64,000 bases of DNA from the human T2T-CHM13v2.0 reference genome, Homo sapiens. The position numbers and the translations under genes were made by a program. Location: assembly GCF_009914755.1 (NCBI RefSeq), contig NC_060947.1; one strand, given 5' to 3'. The notes under the pieces were generated by a model that had not been told where the DNA came from, did no database searches, and saw only the letters and a program-made list of their open reading frames with translations. Of this stretch, positions 16,641 through 32,463 are shown in pieces (position 1 is the first letter of the stretch; each line of letters opens with the position of its first letter).

Positions 16641-18159
16641 TTATATCTATAGTCATACAGCAGAACATTTCTATATCTGTAATAAATCCATATTTACCTG
16701 TAATAAATATTCAAAAATGTTCTATTGTATGACTCCATTAACATAAAAATAGATGTGTACATATACAATAAAAGCTTTATTTTTCGATGAGAGGGCATAG
16801 TAGCTGGTTTCTGTCTAAAGGTCTGATGGCTCAAGTAAATTGCTTTTTGGAAAGAAAAGAACGTGAGACCTAAAGATGACATTGCTAAAGCAATAATAAT
16901 AACTACTTAATATTATTCGATTTATTAATTTAGATAAAAGCATATTTAAATTTTAAGTCAGCCACGTTGATTACCCACTCTCATTTCATAAAGCCAAATC
17001 AGTGTTTTCATCTCACTAGATCACTTTTTGCATCATCTAACATAATTTTCCAGAGCACATAATTTTCACTTCCAAATAATAGCAGAACACACATTTTTTA
17101 AATGCTTCTATGATGCTCTCTCTGGAAAAAAAGTTCCCAGGCAACAAATACCTATAGGCATAACATGCATAACACTTAGACCATTTTTTCCATTAATGGT
17201 TTACTATAATGATTAAAAGTATAGCTCTGAAGCTTGACCAGCTAACATTTATTGAGGAATTTCTATGCACCAAGCCAATCAACTTTCAAAGTAACCCTCT
17301 GGGATAAATATTGTTATTTAGCCCATTTTTTAGATGGAAAAACAAGGCTCAGAGAACTTGAGTAACTAACAGCTAGTGAGAATCTGATAGCAAACCCTGA
17401 GTGCCTCTACTTTAGCTGTTCCTATCAAAAGTCTCTACCCAGGGATGTGTTATAACATTAACCACAAGGATCTAGTGGAAGGAGAGTGTTGTCCAGAGTC
17501 CTTGTCAATGTTGTCAGAGCAAAACTTTCTGCTTTGAGTTTATTCAGTGACTTCAGGTAATTTTAACACATGGAGTTGCAGAGAATTCAGATGTTTTTGC
17601 AAGAGTTTTTCAGATTGTCTTTTTTATTGATACACAATGTTTGTACATATTTATGAGATACATTTGATATTTTATTATACGCATAGCATGCATAATTATC
17701 AAGTCAGGGTATTTAAAGTATCCATCACCTAGAATATTTATCATTTCTATGAGTTGGAAACATTTCAAGTCCTCTTTTCTAGCTGTTTTGAAATATACGA
17801 TGCATTGTTGTTAACTACAGTCACTCTACCCTGTTTTGAACATTAGAACTTATTCCTTCCATCTAACTGTATATTTGTACCCATTAACCAACCTCTCTTC
17901 ATTGACTCCCCTACACAACCCACACATTCTTCTCAGATTTCTAGTATACATCATTCTTCTCTCTACCTCCATGAGATCAATTTTTTTTCTCCTATATGAA
18001 AACATGCGATATTTGTCTTCCTGTGCCTGGCTGTCTTGTAACAGAATGACATTCAGTTTCATCCATGTTGCTGAAATGACATTATTTCATTCTTTTATAT
18101 GGCCAAATAGTATTTAATTCTATACATATATGCTATTATATATATATATATATATATCG

Positions 18160-21100
18160 CTTTTTTTATTATACCTTAAGTGCTGGGATACATGTGCAGA
18201 ATGTGCAGGTTTGTTACATAGGTATACATGCGCCATGGTGGTTTGCTGTGCCCATTAACCTGTCATCTACATTAGGTATTTCTCATAATGCTATCACTCC
18301 CCTAGCCCCCCAACCCCGACAGGCACCAGTGTGTGATGTTCCCCTCTCTGTGTCCATGTGTTCTCATTATTCAACTCCCACTTATGAGTGAGAACATGCG
18401 GTGTTTGGTTTTCTGTCCTTGGGTTAGTTTGCTGAGAATGATGGTTTCCAGCTTCATCCACGTTCCTGCAAAGGACATGAACTCATCCTTTTTATGGCTG
18501 CATAGTATTCCATGGTGTATATGTGCCACATTTTCTTTATCCAGTCTATCACTGATGGGCATTTGGGTTGGTTCCAAGTCTTTGCTATTGTGAACAGTGT
18601 TGCAATAAACATACATGTGCATGTGTCTTTATAGTAGAATGATTTACAATCCTTTGGATATATATCCAGTAATGGGATTGCTGGGTCAAATGTTATTTCT
18701 GGTTCTAGATCCTTGAGGGATCGCCACACTGTCTTCCACAATGGTTTAACTAATTTACACTTCCACCAACAGTGTAAAAACGTTCCTATTTCTCCACATC
18801 TTCTCCAGCATCTGTTGTTTCCTGACTTTTTAATGATCACCAAACTAACTGGCATGAGATGGTATCTCATTGTGATTTGCATTTCTCTAATGACCAGTGA
18901 TGTTGAGCTTTTTCTCATGTTTGTGGACCACATAAATGTCTTCTTTTGAGAAGTGTCTGTTCACACTCTTTGCCTACTTTTTGATGGGGTTGTTTGTTTT
19001 TTTTCTTGTAAATTTAAGTTCCTTGTAGATTCTGGATATTAGCCCTTTGTCAGATGGATAGATTGCAAAAATTTTCTCCCATTCTGTAGGTTGCCTGTTC
19101 ACTCTGATTATAGTTTCTTTTGCTGTGCAGAAGCTCTTTAGTTTAATTAGATCCCATTTGTCAATTTTGGCTTTTGTTGCCATTGCTTTTGGTGTTTTAC
19201 TCATGAAGTCTTTGCCCAGGCCTATATCCTGAATGGTATTGCCTAGGTTTTCTTCTACAGTTTTTATGGTTTTAGGTCTTTCGTTTAAGTCTTTCATCCA
19301 TCTTGAGTTAATTTTTGTATAAGGTGTAAGGAAGGGGTCCAGTTTCAGTTTTCTGCATATGGCTAGCCAGTTTTCCCAACACCATTTATTAAATAGGGAA
19401 TCTTTTTCCCATTGCTTGTTTTTGTCAGGTTTGTCAAAGATCAGATGGTTGTAGATGTGTGGCATTATTTCTGAGGGCTCTGTTCTGTTCCATTGGTCTA
19501 TATCTCTGTTTTGGTACCAGTACCATGCTGTTTTGGTTACTGTAGACTTGTAGTATAGTTTGAAGTCAGGTGGTGTGAGGCCTCCAGCTTTGTTCTTTTT
19601 GCCTAGGATTGTCTTGGCTATATGGGCTCTTTTTTGGTTCCAAATGAAATTTAAAGTAGTTTTTTCTAATTCTGTGAAGAAAGCCAATGGTAGCTTGATA
19701 GGGATAGCATTGCATCTTTAAATTACTTTGGGCAGTATGGCCATTTTCACGATATTGATTCTTACTATCCATGAGCATGGAATTTTTTTCCATTTGTTTG
19801 TGTCCTCTCTTATTTCTTTGAGCAGTGGTTTGTTGTGCTCCTTGAAGAGGTCCTTGATATCCCTTGTAAGTTGGATTCCTAGGTATTTTATTCTCTTGGT
19901 AGCAATTGTGAATGGGAGTTCACTCATGATTTGGCTCTCTGTTTGGCTATTATTGGTGTATAGGAATGCTTGTGATTTTTGCAGTCATTGATTTTATATC
20001 CTGAGAATTTGCTGAAGTTGCTTATCAGCTTAAAGAGATTTTGGGCTGAGACGATGGGGTTTTCTAAATATACAATCATGTCATCTGCAAAGAGAGACAA
20101 TTTGACTTCCTCTCTTCCTATTTGAGGTCCCTTTATTACCTTCTCTTGTTCAATTGCCCTGGCCAGAACTTCCAATACTATGTTGAATAGGAGTGGTGAG
20201 AGAGGGCATCCTTGTCTTGTGCCGGTTTTCAAAGGGAATGCTTCCAACTTTTGCCCACTCATTATGATCTTGGCTGTGGGTTTGTCATAAATAGCTCTTA
20301 TTATTTTGAGATACGTTCCATCAATACCTAGTTTATTGAGGGTTTTTAGCATGAAGGAGTGTTGAATTTTATCCAAGGCCTTTTCTGCATCTATTGAAAT
20401 AATCATGTGGTTTTTGTCATTGGTTCTGTTTATGTGATGGATTACGTTTATTGATTTGCGTATGTTGAACCAGCCTTGCATCCCAGGGATGAAGCCAACT
20501 TGCTCATGGTGGATAAGCTTTTTGATGTGCTCCTGGATTCGGTTTGCCAGTATTTTATTGAGGATTTTCGCACTGATGTTCATCAGGGATATTGGCCTGA
20601 AATTTTCTTTTTTTTTGTTGTGTCTCTGCCAGGTTTTGGTATCAGGATGATGCTGGCCTCATAAAATGAGTTAGGGAGGAGTCCCTCTTTTTCTATTGCT
20701 TGGAATAGTTTCAGAAGGAATGGTAGAAGTTCCTCTCTGTATCTCTGGTAGAATTTGGCTGTGAATCCGTCTGGTCCTGGGCTTTTTTTGGTTGGTAGGC
20801 TATTAATTGCTGCCTCAATTTCAGAACTTGTTATTGGTCTATTCAAGGATTCGACTTCTTCCTGGTTTAGCCTTGGGAGGGTGTATGTGTCCAGGAATTT
20901 ATCCTTTTCTTCTAGATTTTCTAGTTTATTTGCATAGAGGTGTTTATAGTATTCTCCGATGGTAGTTTGTATTTCTGTGGGATCAGTGGTGATATCCCCT
21001 TTATCATTTTTTATTGTGTCTACTTGATTCTTCTCTCTTTTCTTCTTTATTAGTCGGGCTAGCGGTCTATTTTGTTAATCTTTTCAAAAAACCAGCTCCT

Positions 21101-21735
21101 GGATTCCTTGATTTTTGAAGGGTTTTTCGTATCTCTTATCTCCTTCAGTCCTGTTCTGATCTTAGTTATTTCTTGCCTTCTGCTAGCTTTTGAATTTGTT
21201 TGCTCTTGCTTCTCTAGTTCTTTTAATTGTGATGTTAGGGTGTTCATTTTAGATGGTTCCCGCTTTCTCCCATGGGAATTTAGTGCTAGAAATTTCCCTC
21301 TAAACACTGCTTTAGCTGTGTCCCAGAGATTCTGGTACGTTGTGTCTTTCTTCTCATTGGTTTCAAAGAACTTATTTATTTCTGCCTTAATTTCGTTATT
21401 TACTCAGTAGTCATTCAGGAGCAGGTTGTTCAGTTTCCATGTAGTTATGCAGTTTTGAGTGAGTTTCTTAATCCTGAGTTCTAATTTGATTTCACTGTGG
21501 TCTGAGTGACTTTGTTATGATTTCCATTCTTTTGCATTTGCTTAGGAGTGTTTTACCTCCAATTTTGTGGTCAATTTTAGAATAAGTGCAATGTGGTGCT
21601 GAGAAGAATATATATTCTGTTGATTTGGAGTGGAGAGTTCTGTAGATGTCTATTAGGTCTGCTTGGTACAGAGCTGAGTTCAAGTCCTGAATATCCCTGT
21701 TAATTTTCTGTCTCATTGATCTAATATTGACAGCG
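18160..21735 (-). mobile_element. L1PA7/PA8-like, 5'-truncated, disrupted ORF2
   Basis: Chain of minus-strand ORF2 fragments 18454..21743 including LFADDM; L1PA 3' UTR at 18160-18450. Confidence 0.93.
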
Positions 21736-24141
21736 AATACCACAGTTTTTAATCATTCATCCATTGATGGACACTTAGGTTGCTTCCATATCTTGACTGT
21801 CGTGAATAGTGCTGCAATAAAAATGGCAGTGCAAATATCTTTTTGATATACTGATTTATTTTCTTTTGGATAAATACCCAGTAGTGGGATTGCTGGATCA
21901 TAAGGCAGTTCTATTTTTAGTTTTCTGAGAAATCTCCATACTATTTTCCATAGTGGTTGTCTTAATTTACATTCCCACCAATAGTGTATAAGACTTCCCT
22001 TTTTTCTACATCCTCGCCACCATCTGCTATTTACTATATTTTTAGTAATAGCGATTCTAACTGAGGATGATATCTCATTGTGGTTTTGATTTGCATTTTC
22101 CTAATGATTAGTGATGTTGAGCATTTTTAATATGCCTATTTACCATTTGAATGTCTTCTTTTGAGAAATGTCTATTCATGTCATATGCCCACTGCTTAAT
22201 GAGACTATTAGGTGTTTTACTGTTGAGTTCCTTGTATATTCTAAATATTAGTCCCTTGTCACATAAGTAGTTGATAAATATTTTCTTCCAGTCAACAGGT
22301 GGTCTCTTCACTCTGTTGATTGTTTCCTTTGCTGTTCAAAACCTTTTTTGTTTATTACAGTCTAGTTTGTCTAGTTTTGTTTTTGTTGCTGCCTGTGCTT
22401 TTGAGCTCTTGGCCATAAAATCTTTGCCTAGATCAATGTCCTAAGATGTTTTCCCTATGTTTTCTTTTAGTAGTTTTATACTTTGGAGTCTTGTGTTTAA
22501 ATCTTTAATCCATCTTGAGGTGATATTTGAGATAAGGGTCCAGGTTAATTCTTCTGCATATGGATATCCAATTTCCTCAGCACCATTTATTGAAAAGTGT
22601 TCTTTCCCCAGTGTATGTTCTTGGTACCTTTGTAAAAATCAGTTGGCTACAAATAAGTCCATTTATTTCTGGGTTCTCTGTTCTGTTCCATTGGTCTATG
22701 TGTCTATTTTTATACCAATACCATGCTGTCTTGGTAACCATAGTTTTGTAATATATTTTGAAATCAGGTAGTGTGATGCCTCCAGTTTTGTTATTTTTGT
22801 TCAGGATTGCTGGCTATTTGGGTCCTTTTTTGTTTCCATATAAATTTTAGGACTGTTTTCTCTATTTATGTAAAAAATGAAATTGGTATTTTGATAGGGA
22901 TTGCATTAAATCTGTAGCTTTCTTTAGGTACTATGGTCATTTTAATAATGGTAATTCTTCTAATCCATGAGCATGTAATGCCTTTGCATTTGTCTGTGTC
23001 CCCTTTAATTTCTTTCATCAGAGTTTTGTAGATTTCCTCGTAGAGGTCTTTCATCTCCTTTATTAAACCTATTCCTAGGTATTTTAATTTTTATACCTAT
23101 TATAAATGGGATTGCCTTCTTGATTTTTTCTTTAGCTAGCTCATTATCGATGTAAAGAAACACTACTGATTTCTGTGTTTTGATTTTGTATCCTGCAACT
23201 TTACTGAATTTATTTATCAGGTCTCAAAAATTTTTTTGGTGGAGTCTTTAAGTTTTCTATTTATAAGATCATGTCATCTCCAAAGAGGGACAATTTGTCC
23301 TCCTCTTCTTCAGTTTGGATGCCTTTTTTTTTTCTCTTGCCTGATTGCTCTGGCTAGAATTTCCAGTACTATGTTGAATAGGAGTGGTGAAAGTGGGCAT
23401 CCTTGTCTTATTCCAGTTCTTAGAGGAAAGGCTTTCAGCTTTTTGCCATTTAGTATAATGTTGGCTGTGGATTTAACATATATGGCCTTTATTATATTGA
23501 GGTATGTTTCTTCTATGCCTAGTATGTTGGGAGTTTTTATCATGAAGGGATGTTGAATTTTGTCAAGTGCTTTTTCTGCATCTATTGAGATGATCATATG
23601 GTTTTTGTTCTTTCTGTTGATCTGATGTATCACACCTATTGATTTGCATATGTTGAACCATCCTTGCATCTCTGGGATAAATCCCACTTAATCATGGTGT
23701 GCTATATTTTTCTTGTGCTGTTAGATTCAGTTTACTAGTATTTTGTTTAGGCTTTTTGCATCTGTGTTCATCAGGGATATTGGCCTGTAGTTTTCTTTTT
23801 TATTGTTGTGTCCTTATCTGGTTTTGGTATCAGGATGTAATGCTGGCCTCATATAATGAGCTAGAGAGAATTCTCTTGTCTTCAAGTTTTTCAAAATATT
23901 TTGAGGAAAACTGGTGTTAGTTCTTCTTTGTGAGTTTTGTAGAATTCAGCAGTGAAGCCATTCAGTCCTGGGCTTTTATCTGTTGGGAGACATTTTATTA
24001 CTGCTTCAATCTCATTACTCATTAATGGTCTGTTCAGGTTTTCTGTTTCTTCTTGGTTCAATCTTGGTAGGTTGTATGTGTCCAGGAATTTATCCATTTC
24101 CTCTTAAGTTTTCCAGTTTGTTGATGTATAGTTGTTAATAA

Positions 24142-24502
<361 letters not shown>

Positions 24503-27349
24503 CTCCTTTTTCATTTCCGATTTTGTTTATTTGGACTGTCTCTCTTTTATTCTTGGTTAGTCTAGCTAGTGGTTTATCAATTTTGTTTATCTTTTCACAA
24601 AACCAATTTTTTATTTTGTTGATCTTTTGTATTTTTTTAAGTCTATTTTATTTAGTTCTGCTCAGATCCTTGTTATTTCTTTCCTTCTACTAATTTTAGG
24701 TTTTGGTTCTTCTTGCTTTTCTAATTCCTTGAGATGCATTGTTATATTGTTCCTTTGAAGTTTTTCTACTTTTTGATATAGGCATTCATTGCTATCAACA
24801 TCCCTTGTTAGCACTGCTTTTGCTGTATCTCATACATTTTGGTAGGTTGTGTTTCAATTCTTGTTTCAAGACTCTTTTTTAATTTCCTCCTTAATTTCTT
24901 CCTTGACCCAATGGTCATTCAGGCTCATATTGTTTAATTTCTACATATTTTTAAAGTTCCTAAAGTTATTCTTATTATTAATTTCTAGTTTTATTCCATT
25001 GTGGTCTGAGAAGATACTTGATATGATTTCAATTTTTAAAAATGTGTTGACACTTGTTTTCTGTCCTAGCAAATGATCTACCCTGTAGAATGTTCCATGT
25101 GCTGATGAAAAGAATGTGTTTTCTATAACTGTTGGAGAAAATGTTCTGTAAATGTCTGTTAGGTCCATTTGGTCTAAAGTGCAGTTTAAATCCAATGTTT
25201 CTTTGTTAATTTCCTTTCCAGATAATTTGTCTAATGCTGAGAGCAGGGTGTCACTTCTTCCACTTTTTTGAATTTGCTTTCATAGGGGAGGACTTATTCC
25301 TGAAGATGCATTTATGGTGTTGGTTGGTAGGGCACTTTGGCTTTGATTCTGAGCATGTGCAGTAGTGTAATCTCGGCATAATTTCTTCAGATGTAAAGAG
25401 TGTCAGTAGTGTCTGTGGTTTCCTCAGTGGCTTAGGGTGTGGTTTTTAGTGGTGGCTTTGGTGAAGTTTCACTGGGGATAGGTTTGTCAGGTGGGCCAGT
25501 CCTTGGACCCCTGTGGTGGCAGTGGTGGACTGCGCATACCTTTCCTTGGGCCCCAGTGTGACATATGCTGGCACTAGTATTAGTAGGTCGATGCAGGCCA
25601 ATCATTTGGCCTCCAGGCAGCTTGCTTAAGTGTCAGCAGTGGCAGTGATAGACCAGGTGGGAGGGTGGGTCCTTGGGCCCTTGGGCAGTGGGTGTGTTGT
25701 GACCGACAGCGGTAGCAATGGTATGAAAATTTACTGGCTCCCAAGTATCTGCACAGGTGGTGGTGGTGGCTACAACAGACTGAGTGGGCCAGTTCCCAGG
25801 CCCACAGGTGATGCATGCTGATGGGTTCCAGCTGTGGTTATAGCATCATGTTGGGTGGGCCTGTCCTCAGGCCCCTAGGAGGAGTGCTCAGATGCCAATG
25901 ATGGTGGATCAGGTAGGGCGATCCTCAAGCCTATAGATGGCATGCTTGTGCACCAGGGGAAGTGAAGCCAGGCTGAGTGGACATGTCCTCAGGCCCCCTA
26001 CTGGTGCATACAGGTGCTGGCTGTGATAGGCAGGAGCAGGGAGATCCCCATGCTCCCAGCAGAATGCTCAGGTTGGGGTGGCAGCTGCTGGGGAGGGTGG
26101 TGTTATTTTCAGTGGCAGCAGCCATGAACAAGTGGTTGAGGAGCACACACTTCAGCCCCAGGTGGTGGCTGCAAGCAGGATAGCCTTTCCTCAGGGCACG
26201 TGTAAATGCAGTGGCCCTGCTACTGGTGCCAGCAGGTTTGCTGCCAATGGTTTGCACTTCAGCCCTGGAAGTGGCATCTGGCTGTGGGTGGAGATGTCAA
26301 TGGGGCTCTAGGAATGTGAAGATGCAGGGGCTGTTGGGCCTGAGGGCAGGATGCACTCTGGTGGGAGCTGGGCTCTCAAAATGACACTATGCTGCAGTTT
26401 CTTGGGACTGGAAGGGGGTGGGGCACAGCAAGGTTGAACTCAGTGTGAGCTCCCTCTCTGTAACAATGCTGTTGCACAATCTCCAGACAGTTCCCTGGGT
26501 TAGTCTCAGGGCCCACATGGATCCAGGGCTCTCCTGTGGCTAGGACTGTGGGAGTCTACAGTAGGAACGTGAACCACAGGAATCACTCACTTACCCTTTC
26601 CCACATTGGGGAGCCTCTTCAGGCTCCCTGCCAATCCTGATGAGCAGAGCAGGCTGCCTCTTTCCCTCTTTTTCCTTGCCTTAGGTGTTTCCTGTCACTT
26701 ATCTGTTGAATTCCAGCATTCTCTCTTAGGTGATCTATTTGAAGTATGATTATCTACTCACTATTTTGGTTCTTCTTTGTGGAGGAGGCAAGTACCCAAT
26801 CCCTAGTCAGCCACCTTGAAGCCCCCTCCAGACTGTCTTTTTAGGAAGGTTCCAAATTTACTAAATCATGAATAATTTCCTGGGTGCTTCAGCTCCATAG
26901 GTGACCTGGGAGTGTTGGCTGACTCAATGACCAGGAAGCAGGATGGCTGATGCTGTGGCAGCAATGGAATTTTTTTTAAAAAAAGGTATAAACTCCCAAA
27001 TGAGGACAACAGTAAAGAGACCATCAGTATACCAGAGAAATCGGTGAATTTCTGACGATAGAAAGCAGATGCAGGCATGGTAACTGATGAAGAAGCAATA
27101 ACCTAAAGAATGCATAGAGAAGTACAGCCAAGAAAAGAGTCAGCATTTCCTTTAGGATCCCAGAAAAGCTCAGAGTTCAGAAGCACCAGGTATAGCAAAA
27201 AGTAGAAGTGAAGCGTGGAACTGACAACACTGAGATTAATTAAAAGTCTGTATATGGAACAGTTGTCTCTCCTCACCCTCCAATTCCCCACACAAAAGAA
27301 TATAATTACCAGGCTTCTATTCCAGGCAAGAGAAAGGAGGATTACTCTC

Positions 27350-28600
27350 TGGAGGAATTAAATAGTCCTAGAGCAAACGCCTCTGCCTTATGTTCCTTGA
27401 GGGATCCCTACCAGATCAGCCTAAAGTGACCCACTAGTTGACAAGCTTTACCCAAGCACAGAGCTCTCAAGCAGTTGTTTATATTTTATTGCATTATTGT
27501 TATATATGAAGACACATAGGGATCACCAGGCATTTGAAAAAAAATTTGTAATGAAAAAGAGATCAATAATAAACAGAAAAATGACCCCAAGAGCAACTGC
27601 AATAGTTCAGGGAATAAAGAGAACTTAAACAGCAGTAAAACAAAACAATTTTAAGTAGTGTTATCAGAGAGATTCAACATATTGCATCCCCAAAACATGG
27701 ACGAAATGCTATGATAAAGGACCAATCAGAGAACAAGAAAGAGGTTGTGTAAATTTAAAATGTGATTTTCAAAATAAAATTTAGTAACAAGTTTGAGCAT
27801 AAGGGTGGGGACATTTCCCAGAAAATAGAAGGAAAAGACAAAGAGATGGGAAATCTGAGCAAAAAGATAAAAGACATGGAGGGTCAATCCAAAAATTCCA
27901 AATCTAATTAACAGCAGTTTCAGAAAAGAGACAGAGAAAGCAGAGAGGGAGAAATTATTGGAACAAATTATACAAGATAATTTTATAGAATTGCATGAAG
28001 AATAGAGTTTCTACATCAAAGGGATCCCCCTCAGTGCTCAATGCCACAAATCAAAAACACCCAACAAGCCACATCACTATGAATTCCAGGACACCAAAAA
28101 ATAAAGCAGTGTTAAAAGCTTCCAAAAAGAAAAAACAATGGTGATCTATAAAGGTACAATAATCAGATTGGCATCATATTTCTCATTTGCAACATTGGAT
28201 GCTAGATGACAATTGAGCCATTCCTTCAAGTTCTGAAAGAAAAGTATTTTCAAATGAAAATTTTGCGCCCACAAACTTATCAATCAAGCGTGAGAACAGA
28301 ATCAAAACATTTTCAGAAACTTAAAACTCAGGAAGTTTATCTCACATATTCTTTCTTATGAAATTACTTGAGGCTCTATTCCAGCCAGAAAAAGTAGTAA
28401 ACCAAAAAAGAAAACAATAAGATCCAAGAAACAGTGGTTCCAACCAAGTACTGCAGTTAAGAGAAGTCCTAGGATGACTAGCATCCATTAGGACTAGAGT
28501 GCAATCAGGCCAGATTGCAGCAAGATGATGGAGGGTTCCAGGAGTAAGGTACCCATAGAAAACAATAGGAATCAAGAGCGTTTACACTATCCTTTAAAAA
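27350..28600 (+). mobile_element. HAL1/L1ME ORF1 remnant
   Basis: aatcagattggcatcatatttctc...ttcaagttctgaaagaaa...aaattacttgagg resembles the ORF1 C-terminus. Confidence 0.6.
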
Positions 28601-28959
28601 CTGGAACAACCTAAGGAGATGATAAAGGCAGACAATTCCTGTGAATTAGGAAAGCAACCAAGCAAGCAATAATTTGGGTAATATAGTTCCCATGGAACCC
28701 TCTGGAAAGAACTGCCTAAGGATAAAATCCATCCAGGAAAGAGATAAGCAAAATAAAAAATTTATAAACAAAGATTCTTGGGTAAAATGGATTGCTTTTC
28801 CAGGCATTAAATCTATGCAAATATAAAATGAGAACTAAGCAACTTCGGAATTTGAGGTCACAGGAGCTGCTCACCTTCGGCAATGTGCTCAGTGGAAAAA
28901 CCATATTCTTCAATCTACCCTACAGATGAGGGATGTAATGAAATACAAATAGCAGTTGG

Positions 28960-29255
28960 GGCTGCTGGAAGTCTTTCTGACCTTCTCCCCCTTCCTTCTG
29001 TTTCTTGCCTAGAATGTAGACATGATGAGTAGAACTCCAGCAGCCACCTCATAACCTTTAAAATCAAAGTCACACACTTAGCCTGGGAAATAAGGAAACC
29101 AGAGGAAGCTGGATCCCTATTGAGTTCATGGAACCTTCACCATGACTGACTCCCACCTCCAGTCTTCCTTCAGGTGAGAGACTAGATCCTTAAGTGTTTG
29201 TCATTATTGTCAGGTCTCTATTAACTGCCAGTCAAACACAATTTCTAACTGATTC
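28960..29255 (+). mobile_element. Old MaLR LTR fragment (MLT1J/K-like)
   Basis: gcctagaatgtagacatgatg...ctccagcagccacc...tttctaactga. Confidence 0.55.
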
Positions 29256-29571
29256 CTGAACAGAAAGTACATGTTATTGACCTTGACAATGTAAGATAGG
29301 GAAAACATGTATGATTTCCTCATCTTTCATAGCAAAGTCAATCAATATTACTTAAAATTGGAAAAAGAAGAAAAAATACAATAACACCACCTCAATGTTT
29401 TTTTCATCAATTTTTTCCCCTCAACCTTAGAAGGATCTGTTAGAAACTGATATTTTTATGAGGAATAAATATTTTTCCAAAGTTTACCATTCCTTCCACT
29501 TTACCTCATTTTCTCCTTATTTTGTGAAATTCTACTAAACATAAATTGAATAATTTTGATTAAAAATAAAG

Positions 29572-29733
29572 AAAAAAATTAGCCGGGCATGGTGGCGGGC
29601 GCCTGTAGTCCCAGCTACTCAGGAGGCTGAGGCAGGAGAATGGCATGAACCCGGGAGGCAGAGCTTGCAGTGAGCCGAGATAGCAGAACTGCACTCCAGC
29701 CTAAGCGAAAGAGGGAGACTCTGTCTCAAAAAA
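29572..29733 (+). mobile_element. AluY right monomer (5'-truncated)
   Basis: ggagaatggcatgaacccgggaggcagagcttgcagtg has AluY diagnostics. Confidence 0.9.
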
Positions 29734-29882
29734 TATATATATGTATATGTATATATATGTATATATGTATATGTATATATGTATATGTATATATGTATAT
29801 ATGTATATGTATATATGTATATATGTATATGTATATATGTATATATGTATATGTATGTATATGTATGTGTATGTATATGTGT

Positions 29883-29915
<33 letters not shown>

Positions 29916-30741
29916 TATATGTATATATGTATATGTATATATGTATATATGTATAGGTATATAGGTATATAGGTATATAGGTATATGTATATATGTATAT
30001 ATGTATATATGTATATATGTATATATGTATATGTATGTATATGTATATAGGTATATGTATATATATGTACATGTATATAGGTATATATTATATATATGTA
30101 CATGTATATATGCATATATGTATATGTATGTACATGTATATATGTATATGTGTATGTGTATATGTATATATGTATATATGTATATATGTATATGTATATA
30201 TGTATATATGTATATGTATATATGTATATGTGTATATGTATATATGTATATGTGTATATGTATATGTGTATATATGTATGTGTATATGTATATATGTATA
30301 TGTGTATATGTATATGTGTATATATGTATGTGTATATGTATATATGTATATGTGTATATGTATATGTGTATATGTGTATGTATATAAGTATATATGTATA
30401 TATGTATATGTATATATGTATATATGTATATGTATGTATGTATATATGTATATGAATGTATATGTATACATGTATATATGTATATGTATACATGTATATA
30501 TGTATACATGTATATATGTATATGTATATATGTATACATGTATATATGTATACATGTATATATGTATATGTATATATGTATACATGTATATGTATATATG
30601 TATATGTATATATGTATACATGTATATATGTATATGTATACATGTATATATGTATACATGTGTATATGTATATATGTGTATGTATATATGTATATACGTA
30701 TATACGCATGTATATGTATATACACATGTATATGTATATAT
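29734..30741. repeat. About 1 kb (TATATG/TATATATG)n compound microsatellite
   Basis: Directly visible; source of the Y/I/H/T-rich spurious ORFs at 29619-30859. Confidence 0.97.
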
Positions 30742-30746
30742 AATAT

Positions 30747-31084
<338 letters not shown>

Positions 31085-31636
31085 CTATCACGTGTGTGTA
31101 CATATATATACACATATGCATGCAATGAGATATCTGGAACACTACGAATCTCATGCTAATGGACATTTATCAGGGTGGTGAGATTTGAGACGGTTTTAGC
31201 TCCCAACTTCTTACTTTGAATCACTAGAATTTTTGGTAATGAGCTTGTATCATTTTTAGAAGAACAATTAAAGTCCTTTTGAAATAAGATGTATAGAGTC
31301 AAACATCTCCAAAGATCTTCAAGCTCTAATACTTTATGATTTAATATTCTACGAAGCAAATGCATATCCATAATTCAGTAACAAAAGGCTCCACATTCTT
31401 TTTTTAAAAACAATAATATCTCACTAAGTCATCTGAGTCTCCTTTGATCACTGACCTTTGTTGAGGCTCAAGGCCTGGTGGAAAAATACTAGATGACTTC
31501 AAATAACCTTAGAGGACAGTGTGTTCTCATTAACCAGAAGCAATTTTTTTAACACAAATGAAAATTTTAAAATGGGAAGCATGCTAGCTAATCTAAGAAA
31601 AATGAAAAAACATTAACTTACACATAAAGTAGTTTT

Positions 31637-31987
<351 letters not shown>

Positions 31988-32290
31988 CACATAAAGTGGT
32001 TTTAATATTTAGATGTAATTATGGTAAACTGTATACTTAAAGAGTCTATAAATATAACTTACATTGTCATCACTTTCTTCAATACCAAGAGTCCAAATAT
32101 ATTGTCTGGTTGGAAAACCCACTATTCCTCTAATCTCTCCCAGTTCTTTCATACCTCTCTGTCTTTGCACACATGCTAAGGCTTTCTCCTTCATCTCTAT
32201 TTGGCCAAATGCCATTTATCCTTCAAAACTCAGTACCTCCTACCACTACAGGCCTATAGCACCTGGGGTATACATCAGTTATAACGTTCT

Positions 32291-32463
32291 CAGGGCCTTG
32301 TGTAATTGTGTAGGTTGTGCACTGCACAGGGCACACAGATGAGGGAGTAAGGGGGAGTTAAAATCCACCCTGAGCTCAGCTGCTAAGCAAGCTGTACCTG
32401 CCTAGAGGAGAACTCTACTAAATCTGCACAAATGTTGACCTTACAGGTTCATGTTGACTCTCA
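32291..32463 (+). mobile_element. MER91A-like hAT-Tip100 element
   Basis: cagggccttgtgtaattgtgtaggttgtgcactgcacagggc...aaatccaccctgagctcagc. Confidence 0.65.
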
